Assembly: GCA_050953885.1 (NCBI GenBank)
Contig: JBMNNJ010000001.1
Span: 74,132 to 138,131 of the forward strand
Source: Patescibacteria group bacterium
GTDB lineage: Bacteria > Patescibacteriota > Microgenomatia > 0-14-0-10-38-17
Length of the DNA stretch: 64,000 bases
Direction of reading: 5' to 3'
Positions 27,214 through 35,961 of the stretch are shown here, one piece after another. Both the position numbers and the translations under genes were made by a program. Each line of letters begins with the position of its first letter. Position 1 is the first letter of the stretch. Below the pieces are notes generated by a model that worked only from the letters and a program-made list of their open reading frames with translations, did not search any database and was not told the DNA's origin.

Positions 27214-28085
27214 TAGGAACTGGCTTAAGCGGTTTGGTAGGCTCACGCTTGGCGGAAATTCTCCAAAATAACTACTCATTTATTGATTTTTCTCTTGAGA
27301 CGGGGGTGGATATTTTAGATATTAAGTCTTTAGAAAAGCATTTTTTAGAAAATAAAGAAGCAAAAGTGGTGATCCATTTGGCGGCCTTTACGGATACGAA
27401 TGCCGCCTGGAGCCAGCGGGGAGATAAAAGTGGCCTTTGTTATCGTCTAAATGTTTTGGGGACGGAAAATATTATCAAACTTTGTCAAGAATATGGCCGG
27501 TATTTAATTTACGTTTCTACCGACTTTGTTTTTTCCGGCCAAAAAGATGGTGTTTATACCGAGGAAGATACTCCCGATCCGATTGAGTGGTATGGGCAAA
27601 CAAAGCGGTGGGCGGAGGAAGCGGTTTTGGAAAGTAGTCTGCCGGCGGCGATTGTTCGTCTTTCCTATCCCTTCCGGGCTTTTTTCCCGAAAAAAACCGA
27701 TTTGATACGAAAGATAATTGAGGGTTTAAAAAATCAAACACTTTATCCTCTTTTTACCGATCAAATAATCACCCCTACTTTTATTGATGATTTTGCCAAG
27801 GGGATTGGTTTTTTCCTAAAAGAAAAGCCGGTTGGTATTTTTCATTTGGTGGGAGAAAACCACCTTTCCCCCTACGCGGTGGGGTTGGAAGTGGCGCGAA
27901 CTTTTGGTTTTGATTCGAAATTAGTGAAGAAGGGAAGTTTAAAGGAGTATGAGCAAAATGCTCCCGCTGGTTCGCGGCCATTCCAAAAAAATTTAGCTCT
28001 TGATAATCAAAAAATTACTTCTTTGGGGATAAAGATGCTTCCCTTTGCGGCTGCGCTCCAAAAGGTGAAAGAACAACTTAGCTAA
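27195..28085 (+). CDS. rfbD: dTDP-4-dehydrorhamnose reductase
   Basis: GLSGLVG, HLAAFT, STDFVFSG, YGQTK, DQIITPT. Confidence 0.9.
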   Translation: MGKTKIIGTGLSGLVGSRLAEILQNNYSFIDFSLETGVDILDIKSLEKHFLENKEAKVVIHLAAFTDTNAAWSQRGDKSGLCYRLNVLGTENIIKLCQEYGRYLIYVSTDFVFSGQKDGVYTEEDTPDPIEWYGQTKRWAEEAVLESSLPAAIVRLSYPFRAFFPKKTDLIRKIIEGLKNQTLYPLFTDQIITPTFIDDFAKGIGFFLKEKPVGIFHLVGENHLSPYAVGLEVARTFGFDSKLVKKGSLKEYEQNAPAGSRPFQKNLALDNQKITSLGIKMLPFAAALQKVKEQLS

Positions 28086-29116
28086 GTAAAGATTCTTTTG
28101 GCTAAAAGAATAACTCCTCCCGTTACTAAGGGAATAAAAAGATTATCGTTAAGGCGCCGGCCGTCAATTTTTGGTTCGCTGAATTCCAAGATGGTGGTAG
28201 TGATAATTGCTGGGGCTAAGAATTTCAAAGGCACATAGGGCAGGGAAACGGTAGCGGCGGCAATGGCACTAGCGAAGGCGGCACTCCAGCGCTTCTTTAA
28301 AGAATGACCATTATTTAGATAATAACCGGTAATCGCATTAATTGAATCCCCCACTGCCAAGGTTAAAATGGCTACTGTAGCAACAGGAAGAGGAAAAGCA
28401 AAAACAGCGGCTAAGCTGCTCCAGGTAAAAAGAAGCGGGCCAAGCCCTAAAAATTTCGGCAAGGGTTTTCGCTCGAAATAAATAATAATTTTATTTAAGA
28501 AAGTAAGAGGTCGAAGATGATTTAAGAGAAGAAGGATGGTTAAAAGAAGGGTAAAAAGGGCAAGGTAGTAGGGGGTTAAAATTTGATAATTAACCACCAG
28601 CGCTAAAGACAAGCCGTAAAAAAGATGGACAATTTTTCTCCTTAGGTTAACGTCCTTACTCCAGTCGGAAGCGTGTTTGGTTTGGGAAAGAAAATAAAAA
28701 AACCAAAAAATGGCGGTGGCAAGAAAGAAGCCGCCAACAACATCAGAAAGATGATGCAGTCCTAAACTAACCCGGGAGTAAGCAATTAAAAAAGCTCCAA
28801 AGAAACCCAAGGGGGAAAGTTTTGGCCAAAAAACGGTGATTGTCCAGGCAATAACGGTGGCCACCGCCGTATGCAAAGAAGGAAAGGCAAAATCGGCGGG
28901 GATATTGGTGGTTACTCCCAAAACAGCGGGGTTTTCAACAAAAGGCCGGCTTATTTGGGTTAAATCCTTAATTATTTTTCCAAAAAATAGGGTAAAAATT
29001 AAGGCGGGGGCAAAAATGGGTAGAAAATATTCTTTTTTAAATTTTAGGATAAAAAAAGCCAGCAGCCCGATTAATATCGGCAAAAGGAATGGTGAGTTAA
29101 GAATGGCGGCAATCAT
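28082..29116 (-). CDS. PAP2 phosphatase fused to a dolichol/phytol-kinase-like (CTP-dependent) domain
   Basis: N-terminal half has K..RP, FPSLH and SRVSLGLHHLSDV. C-terminal half has RRKIVH, VGDS..A..G and DNLFIP. Confidence 0.8.
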   Translation of the reverse strand: MIAAILNSPFLLPILIGLLAFFILKFKKEYFLPIFAPALIFTLFFGKIIKDLTQISRPFVENPAVLGVTTNIPADFAFPSLHTAVATVIAWTITVFWPKLSPLGFFGAFLIAYSRVSLGLHHLSDVVGGFFLATAIFWFFYFLSQTKHASDWSKDVNLRRKIVHLFYGLSLALVVNYQILTPYYLALFTLLLTILLLLNHLRPLTFLNKIIIYFERKPLPKFLGLGPLLFTWSSLAAVFAFPLPVATVAILTLAVGDSINAITGYYLNNGHSLKKRWSAAFASAIAAATVSLPYVPLKFLAPAIITTTILEFSEPKIDGRRLNDNLFIPLVTGGVILLAKRIFT

Positions 29117-29928
29117 TTTTTGGAAAGGTTTTTCGTTTTAGAAACAGAAAGAGATTTTTTTTCTGATTTTTCGGTAAGAAAATTATTAATGGCAAATAAA
29201 AAGACGCCAAGAGAAAAAATTAATTCGGTAGGCTCTTGGTCTCGGGCATCAATAAAAGTGTCAAAAAAATTGAGATCCTCATGGAGCCAGAACTGGAGCC
29301 AAAGCAGGGTGTCTTTGCCAAGAAAGTCAGCAGAAGGAAGGCTTAAATCACGGATAAAAACAGCTACCAGTTCATCTATATACTGAACCCAAGAATAATA
29401 AAAAAGAATAGGGAAAAAATAGAAAGAAAGATTTTTTTGGGGGAAAAATTTTTCAATCCAAGGGGTCTTTTTTTTGAATTTTGAAACAATTATCCAGCCA
29501 AAAGAACCCCAAAGGCCAATTAAAATATAAATTTGTGGTAGTTTTCCTTGGAAAAAGCCTAAGTTATGAATAGTGATTTCGTTTTGGACATTTTTTTGGG
29601 CAATTTTTTCTGGGGTTTCTATTTCCAAGATTCTTTGTCCCCAAGAAATTTCTTCGCCGGCAACAAAGAATAAACCAAGCGATAAAATAAAAAAAACGCT
29701 TCCTAACCAGAAGTTTTTCTTTTTAAAAAAACTTAAGGCGGTTAAAAATGAAAAAATACTGGCTAAAAGAAAAAAAGTAAATTGCAGCCACTCAACTGGG
29801 CCGTCTTCGGCAATAAAAAGATGATAAAGATAAGCGTTTTTTATTTTAAAGACGATAAAAAAAATAACAAGAATAATAGGCAGAAGAAAAATAATTTTAT
29901 TTTTTCTAAAAATGTTTGTTAGCTTCAT
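29113..29928 (-). CDS. hypothetical multi-TM membrane protein
   Basis: EDGPVE and GEEISWGQR..N.QNE..IHN. Its start and stop codons overlap those of its neighbours. Confidence 0.8.
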   Translation of the reverse strand: MKLTNIFRKNKIIFLLPIILVIFFIVFKIKNAYLYHLFIAEDGPVEWLQFTFFLLASIFSFLTALSFFKKKNFWLGSVFFILSLGLFFVAGEEISWGQRILEIETPEKIAQKNVQNEITIHNLGFFQGKLPQIYILIGLWGSFGWIIVSKFKKKTPWIEKFFPQKNLSFYFFPILFYYSWVQYIDELVAVFIRDLSLPSADFLGKDTLLWLQFWLHEDLNFFDTFIDARDQEPTELIFSLGVFLFAINNFLTEKSEKKSLSVSKTKNLSKK

Positions 29929-30635
29929 TTTTTATTAATAATTTGTTTTTTTTGCCACTCTTTTATTTTTTTAGGATCGCCGCTAAGAAGAACTTGGGGC
30001 ACTTTTAGCCCGAGAAACTCTTCGGGGCGGGTATATTGAGGATATTCAATATAGACTTGAGATTTGAGATTAGAAGTTTGGGGCTGGGGAGAAGAATCAA
30101 CGATTTTTTCCAATCCCGGAGAGAAGGATTCGATTTGGTTGGCTTCTTCTTTTTTTAAAACTCCGGGCAGAAGACGAACGACGGTGTCGGTGATGGCCAT
30201 GGCCGGAATTTCCCCGCCGGTTAAGACAAAATCGCCTAAGGAAATTTCTTCGTCAACAAACTTTTTAATGCGTTCGTCAAAGCCCTCGTAATGGCCGCAA
30301 ATTAAAATTATTTCCTGAACTTTGGCTAATTGCCGGGCTTTTTTTTGGTTAAAAGTTTTTCCACGCGGAGTAAGAAGAATAATTTTTTGATTTTTCTTTG
30401 ACCAGTTATTGGTTAAATCTTTTAAGGCATTGTAAATTGGTTCAATGCGTAAAATCATCCCCGCGCCGCCGCCATAGGGGCGGTCATCAACGGTGCCGCG
30501 CTTGTCAATGGCCCACTGGCGCAAGTTATGGATTTTAATTTCCACCAGTCCTTTTTCTTGGGCGCGTTTAATAATGCTTTCCCCAAAAGGCCCTTCAAAC
30601 ATTTTTGGAAAAAGGGTTAAAATGTGGATGATCAT
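29925..30635 (-). CDS. trmD: tRNA (guanine-N1)-methyltransferase
   Basis: VDDRPYGGGAGM, CGHYEGFDER, SLGDFVLTGGE, EYPQYTRP. Confidence 0.97.
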   Translation of the reverse strand: MIIHILTLFPKMFEGPFGESIIKRAQEKGLVEIKIHNLRQWAIDKRGTVDDRPYGGGAGMILRIEPIYNALKDLTNNWSKKNQKIILLTPRGKTFNQKKARQLAKVQEIILICGHYEGFDERIKKFVDEEISLGDFVLTGGEIPAMAITDTVVRLLPGVLKKEEANQIESFSPGLEKIVDSSPQPQTSNLKSQVYIEYPQYTRPEEFLGLKVPQVLLSGDPKKIKEWQKKQIINKK

Positions 30636-30681
30636 AAGTTGTATTCTATCAAGTTTTTGTGATATATTGCAAAATGAAAGC

Positions 30682-30960
30682 GAGTAACTCGTAACAAGTA
30701 ATCAGTAGAGTAAAAGGCAAAGACCTGCCGCAGTGGGGTCTTGCTATGGCGGGACAAAACCTAAATCAAAGTTCAAAAACAAAAGATAAACTCAAATGTT
30801 AAATCGCAAAACGCAAATCTACAACGCAAAACTCAAAACTTGAAAGACAAAAACAGAATTACAATTTAGAAATACAAATATTAAGCCCCTAAAGTTTTTT
30901 TGTTCTACTTTTGAATTTTAACTTGTACTTTTGACTTTTAAATTTTGACTTTTGAATTTA
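30682..30960. repeat. heptamer-periodic tracts and GC hairpins
   Basis: 30757-30846 matches the reverse complement of about 37560-37660. 30895-30960 matches half of the 3891/25021 element. Confidence 0.8.
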
Positions 30961-30962
30961 TT

Positions 30963-31358
30963 ATGAACGATTGTGTTTTTTGCCAAATTGCGGCCGGGAA
31001 AATTCCCTGTTTTAAAATTTACGAAGGGGAGGATTTTTTGGCTTTTTTGGATATTAATCCTTGGGTTGAAGGCCACACTTTGGTAATCCCCAAAAAGCAT
31101 TACCGTTGGGTTTGGGATATGCCGGAAGAATTAGTCGGTCAGTATTTTGCCGTGGTTAATAAAGTTGCTAATCATTATCGGCAGGTTTTTAAAACAGAAT
31201 TTGTGATGAGCTGGATTTATGGTTTTGAGGTACCCCACGCTCATGTTCATCTTTTCCCCAATTCGCGGGGAAAAATTGCCTTTTACCCAAAAGAAAAATT
31301 GCCAACGCTTACGAACGAGGAAGGGGAAAAGTTAGCGGCGGCATTAAAATTAAAATAA
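30963..31358 (+). CDS. HIT family hydrolase
   Basis: DCVFCQI, AFLDINP...GHTLVIPK, VPHAHVH. Confidence 0.93.
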   Translation: MNDCVFCQIAAGKIPCFKIYEGEDFLAFLDINPWVEGHTLVIPKKHYRWVWDMPEELVGQYFAVVNKVANHYRQVFKTEFVMSWIYGFEVPHAHVHLFPNSRGKIAFYPKEKLPTLTNEEGEKLAAALKLK

Positions 31359-31363
31359 GAACA

Positions 31364-32659
31364 ATGAAAATTGCGGTTGTGGGCGCCGGTTATGTGGGTT
31401 TAACCTGGGCGGCGGTGCTGGCATCGTTGGGCCATAAGGTTTTTTTGGTGGAAAATAATCAGGAAAAGTTAGCCAAGCTTAAGAAGGGACAGGCGCCTTT
31501 TTTTGAGCCCGGTCTGGAGCCCCTTTTGAAAAAAGGAATTAAGAGCAAGCGGCTTTACCTTTTTTCTTCTCTTAAAAACCTTCGGGAAAAACCGGCGCTG
31601 GTTTTTATTTGTGTCGGCACGCCTTCCCAAAAGGATGGCTCAATTGATCTTTCTTACGTGTTTCAAACAGCCGAAGAGTTGGGGAAAAATCTTTGGCTTG
31701 GCCAGATAACAGTGGCGCTTAAAAGCACCGTTTTGCCGGGGACAACCAAAAAAGTAGGGAAAATTATTAGTCAAAATAAAAGCAAAAAAGCAAATTTTAG
31801 TTTGGCTTTCTGTCCGGAATTTTTAAGAGAAGGAAAGGCAGTTGAAGACACTCTTCACCCCAGCCGCGTTATTATTGGCAGTGAGGACAAAAAGGCTGTT
31901 AGCCTTCTTAAAAAACTTCATGTTCCTTTTGGGGCGCCAATCCTAATGATGAAAATTGAGAGCGCCGAGCTCACCAAGTATGCGGCTAACGCCTATCTTG
32001 CCTTGCGGATTGTTTTTGCCAACCAAATTGCCGATTTGGTTGAGAAAGCAGGAGCGGATGTGGAGGAGGTTATTGCCGGCATTGGACTTGATCCTCGCAT
32101 TGGCACTGGCTACTGGTACCCCGGGCTAGGATATGGCGGCTCTTGTTTTCCCAAAGATGTGGCCGCCTTGGCCTCTTTTGGCGCCAAAGAGGGGTTAAAA
32201 AAGTCGCTTTTTTCTTTTATGCATGATTATAACCAAAGTCGTCCCGAGGAAAAATTAGCGGAGATTGAAGAAAAATGGGGTAGCCCGGCCGGAAAAAAAG
32301 TGGCTGTTTGGGGGCTGGCTTGTAAGCAGGGGACCGATGACGTGCGAGGTTCGGCGGCGCTTTTGGTGGCGGATAAATTATCCCAAAAAGGGGCAATGGT
32401 TTTTGCTTTTGACACCTTGGCGGAAGAAAATGCCCAAAGGGAATGCTCTCGTCTTTATTATTCTCCTGATCCTTATTTGGTAGCCAAAAATGCGGATTGG
32501 CTTTTGGTTTTAAGCGATGATCCTCTTTTTGCTAAGGCTAATTTTAAAAAAGTGAAGGAATTAATGAAGGGAAGGAAAATTTTTGATGCCCGCAATATTT
32601 TACCTAAAGAAAAACTTAAAAAGATGGGTTTTGAATATTTAGGCGTGGGCAGGAGTTAA
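31364..32659 (+). CDS. ugd: UDP-glucose 6-dehydrogenase family protein
   Basis: GAGYVG, ICVGTP, KSTV, PEFLREG, ELTKYAAN, GYGGSCFPKD. Confidence 0.92.
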   Translation: MKIAVVGAGYVGLTWAAVLASLGHKVFLVENNQEKLAKLKKGQAPFFEPGLEPLLKKGIKSKRLYLFSSLKNLREKPALVFICVGTPSQKDGSIDLSYVFQTAEELGKNLWLGQITVALKSTVLPGTTKKVGKIISQNKSKKANFSLAFCPEFLREGKAVEDTLHPSRVIIGSEDKKAVSLLKKLHVPFGAPILMMKIESAELTKYAANAYLALRIVFANQIADLVEKAGADVEEVIAGIGLDPRIGTGYWYPGLGYGGSCFPKDVAALASFGAKEGLKKSLFSFMHDYNQSRPEEKLAEIEEKWGSPAGKKVAVWGLACKQGTDDVRGSAALLVADKLSQKGAMVFAFDTLAEENAQRECSRLYYSPDPYLVAKNADWLLVLSDDPLFAKANFKKVKELMKGRKIFDARNILPKEKLKKMGFEYLGVGRS

Positions 32660-32707
32660 CTTTTATCTTGCTTGTCTTTTTTAAATAATTGTTGTATTTT
32701 AAGATTA

Positions 32708-33877
32708 ATGGTTAAAGAAAAAGCCGTCGTTATCATCCCTACTTATAACGAACGGGAAAACATTGGTCGGATGATTGAAGTTTTGGAAAAAGAAATTTTC
32801 CCGCAGATTAAGGATTGGGAAATGGCCATTTTGGTGGTCGATGACCATTCTCCCGACGGCACGGCCGAGATTGTGCGGGAGAAAATGAAAATTTATCCCA
32901 ACATTGAGCTTTCCTTAGGAGAAAAGCAGGGTTTGGGAGCGGCTTACGCGCGGGGGATGAAATACGCGATGCAAAAAATGAATGCCGATTGGGTGATTGA
33001 GTTTGACGCCGATTTTCAGCACGATCCGGCCTATATTCCTCAGCTTTTAAACGCCGCTAGGCAAGGCTACGATTATGTAGTTGGTTCCCGTTATGTTTCC
33101 GGCGGCAAGGTTCCGCAGGATTGGAATTTTTCCCGCCGCCTCATTAGCTCGTTGGGCAGTTTTGTCGCCCGTTTTATTCTTTTTTTTCCTTTTGAGTTTA
33201 GAAACGCCCCGCGCGATTTAACTTCCGGCCTTAAGGCCACCAAAGTTAAAGGATTTTTGGAGAAAATTGATTTAGACCATCTTCTTTCCAAAGGCTACGC
33301 TTATAAAATTGAGATTTTTTACCGGATGGTAAAGCTGGGAGCAAGGGTAAAAGAGATCCCCATTGAATTTAAAAATCGAGAGAAGGGGGAGTCAAAAATG
33401 CCACCCAAGAATTTAACTGATTCTTTAAAAGTGGTGATAAAATTGCGTCTTCAAGACGAGAAAACGCAAAGCTTTTTAAAATTCGCGGTGGTGGGATTTG
33501 TGGGTTACTTGGTTAACGCTCTTTCTTTGGCGCTTTTTACTTCTTTTTCCTGGCCAGAAGCTCTTTGCTGGCTTTTATCAACCGAGCTGGCGATTATTTC
33601 TAATTTTACCTGGAACAACCTTTGGACTTTTGCTAAAGAAAAGTTTACCAAGCCCTCTTTAGTTTTGAAGAAATTTCTCCAGTTTAACCTTACTTCAGCC
33701 GGAGCCTTAGTTATCCAAACGGTAATGGGTACGCTTTTAACCTCTCTTTTTGGGCCCGAGCATCGCCAGCTTTATCTGCCCCTAATTATTGTTTTTATGG
33801 TTTTGCCATATAACTGGTTGATGTATAATCGGGTAATTTGGAAAGTAGACAAGAAAGGTAAAAAAGAAAAAAAATGA
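32708..33877 (+). CDS. polyprenol-phosphate mannose synthase-like GT2 with a C-terminal GtrA domain
   Basis: IIPTYNE, DDHSPDGT, GLGAAY, DADFQHDP, VGSRY. C-terminal KFAVVG..NFTWN..WTF (GtrA). Confidence 0.9.
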   Translation: MVKEKAVVIIPTYNERENIGRMIEVLEKEIFPQIKDWEMAILVVDDHSPDGTAEIVREKMKIYPNIELSLGEKQGLGAAYARGMKYAMQKMNADWVIEFDADFQHDPAYIPQLLNAARQGYDYVVGSRYVSGGKVPQDWNFSRRLISSLGSFVARFILFFPFEFRNAPRDLTSGLKATKVKGFLEKIDLDHLLSKGYAYKIEIFYRMVKLGARVKEIPIEFKNREKGESKMPPKNLTDSLKVVIKLRLQDEKTQSFLKFAVVGFVGYLVNALSLALFTSFSWPEALCWLLSTELAIISNFTWNNLWTFAKEKFTKPSLVLKKFLQFNLTSAGALVIQTVMGTLLTSLFGPEHRQLYLPLIIVFMVLPYNWLMYNRVIWKVDKKGKKEKK

Positions 33878-34293
33878 GTAGTCCGGAAAAACATTTTCCA
33901 GAAAGCCATTATTTTTCTTCCTATCAAGAATATCGTTCTTTTGGTGGGCAGCTTAATGAAGAATTTTTTAACCAAGCGCTTGAGTTTTTGAAAGACGGTC
34001 AACAACTAAAATCTCAGCAGAAAGTTTATATTCAGTCAGAAAGGCACTGTGCTTACCGGGCGGGTGTTATTCCTTCTCCTCAAGAGGAACGCCTTTATGT
34101 TTTCTTAAGAGAACTAATGCCTCCGCCTTCCTCGGTGGAGAAAAAAAGTCAAGATAATAAGGGTTTCCCTTGGCAGTTAGGTGACCATTCTCTTTTAGCA
34201 GAAGTTTTCTTGCTTAATAACAATATCTTTTCTTACCAGCAATTTACAGATTATTTTCCTCATATTTTCAACAAAGAAGAAAAAAGCGGGTAA
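33874..34293 (+). CDS. hypothetical protein
   Basis: 139-aa ORF with an ATGA overlap to the upstream stop, filling the gap exactly. Confidence 0.65.
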   Translation: MSSPEKHFPESHYFSSYQEYRSFGGQLNEEFFNQALEFLKDGQQLKSQQKVYIQSERHCAYRAGVIPSPQEERLYVFLRELMPPPSSVEKKSQDNKGFPWQLGDHSLLAEVFLLNNNIFSYQQFTDYFPHIFNKEEKSG

Positions 34294-34294
34294 G

Positions 34295-35503
34295 CTAAAG
34301 ATAGGGTGTCCAGTCGCTTATAGACATGGTGTTAAAGCTGATAAAGCTTATGGCGTAAAGAAAAAGAGCCGGTAAAAGAAGAATGAAGGGAATTAAAAAT
34401 TGCTTCTTTTGAAAAAAATTTTCTCCACCTAAGATTAAAAAAGGCAGGGCGGGAATGAGGTAGCGGGCAATGTCGCGATGGGCCACAAAAATGAGGGAAA
34501 AGTAAAAAACAACCGGGAAAATAAAGAGAATATCAGTTTTATATTTTTGCCAAAGGAAAGAAAGAAGAATTCCCCCTAAAAGATAGTAAAGATAAACGTC
34601 TTCGAGCCAAAATGTTCCTACCCATTTCTCATTGAAATCAAAAACCTGAAATGGCGGCCAAAAAAGATGAATGTTGTCGCCGGTTTTAAAATAGGCCCAA
34701 AAATCGCCGGTGGTGATTTTATAGAGAGAGAAAACGCTGATAATGCCCAACGGCGTTAAAAGTATTGGCCAAAACTTCTTTAGTCCCTCTTTAATTTTCT
34801 TCTTATCTTTTAAGAGCGAAGAAGATTTTAAAACTTCAATCAAGCCCGCCAAACCCAGAGCGCCGGCTAAAAGCACCCCCGGGCTTTTAACGGTTTGGGA
34901 AAAAATCGCCATTAAGGCGCTTTTACCATAATTTCCTTTTTTGAAAAAGTAGATGGCGCTGATAATAAAAAACAAAAAAAGCGGTTCGGGGCTGGGAACA
35001 TTTTTAACCACCAACCAGCGGGCGGGGAAAAAGACAAAAAGAGAGGCTAGAAAAAGACTGGCTTTTTGTCTTTTGGTTACCAAGAGAAGGAGTTGGTAAA
35101 AAGCAAAGATAGCCGCAAGACTGGTAAGCTGAGTAACAAAAATGGCCGCATGAGGGAAATCAATTTTAGGAATTTGGGCGGCAAGCCAAATTAGGGCCGG
35201 GTAGGCGGGGAAATGAGCGGGGAAGTAGGCAGGCGGCAGGGTGTTGGGGAAAAGAGCCTCAATTTTTTGAGGATCATACCAAGTTTTGGCCACAATAATA
35301 TAATTCAGGCTGTCAAAATTAAGCAAAACGGTGGAGAAGTTAAATTTTTCCGGGTAGTTTAAGCCGAAAAATGATTCAAGATGAAAAACAAAGGGGAAAT
35401 AAAGAAGGGCGGCGGAAAGAAAAGAAACCAGCGCTAAAGTCCAAAAAGGATGAAGCAGGGCCAACTTGCCAAGGTGGGAAAAGAAATTCTTAATTTTGGC
35501 CAT
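34295..35503 (-). CDS. GT-C membrane glycosyltransferase (PIG-V/mannosyltransferase-like)
   Basis: Multi-TM protein with NFDSLNY..A..Y, HFPAYP, EPLF and RY motifs. Confidence 0.75.
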   Translation of the reverse strand: MAKIKNFFSHLGKLALLHPFWTLALVSFLSAALLYFPFVFHLESFFGLNYPEKFNFSTVLLNFDSLNYIIVAKTWYDPQKIEALFPNTLPPAYFPAHFPAYPALIWLAAQIPKIDFPHAAIFVTQLTSLAAIFAFYQLLLLVTKRQKASLFLASLFVFFPARWLVVKNVPSPEPLFLFFIISAIYFFKKGNYGKSALMAIFSQTVKSPGVLLAGALGLAGLIEVLKSSSLLKDKKKIKEGLKKFWPILLTPLGIISVFSLYKITTGDFWAYFKTGDNIHLFWPPFQVFDFNEKWVGTFWLEDVYLYYLLGGILLSFLWQKYKTDILFIFPVVFYFSLIFVAHRDIARYLIPALPFLILGGENFFQKKQFLIPFILLLPALFLYAISFISFNTMSISDWTPYL

Positions 35504-35582
35504 CGTCTTTTTTCTTTAGTATAGCAAAAATGATAAAATTGCTAAACTGTTATTTTGTTAAATTATGACACGACTAACAAGC

Positions 35583-35911
35583 CGTCATTCTGAACTCGAT
35601 TCAGAATCGTTGTTTAATGCCTAAAGAAATGATTCTGATTTTCATCAGGACAACGCTTTCGTTAGAATGACGGCGGGAGGAGTCAGGATGACGACAGCCG
35701 TGCCGTCATTCCGGACTTGATCCGGAATCTGTGTTATTACCAAGGAAAGATTCTGACTTTCGTCAGAATGACAGAGAAGCGCCAGAATGACAGTAAGGGA
35801 ATAATTCTGCCTAATCAACTCCGGGGACTAATCCCGAGGTTTGAAGCTAAAAAAGTCCCGAGGTTTGAAGGCTCGCCAACTCCGGGGGTTAAATAGCTTC
35901 AAACCTCGGGA
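35583..35911. repeat. CGTC-tagged REP cluster plus TCCCGAGGTT element, copy 3
   Basis: CGTCATTCTGAACTCGATTCAGAATC, CGTCATTCCGGACTTGATCCGGAATC and GATTCTGACTTTCGTCAGAATGAC. The IR element is at 35807-35911. Confidence 0.88.
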
Positions 35912-35961
35912 AAATAAGCAGAAATGATAAGGGGAAATTTATGTTAAGATAATAAACAGCG

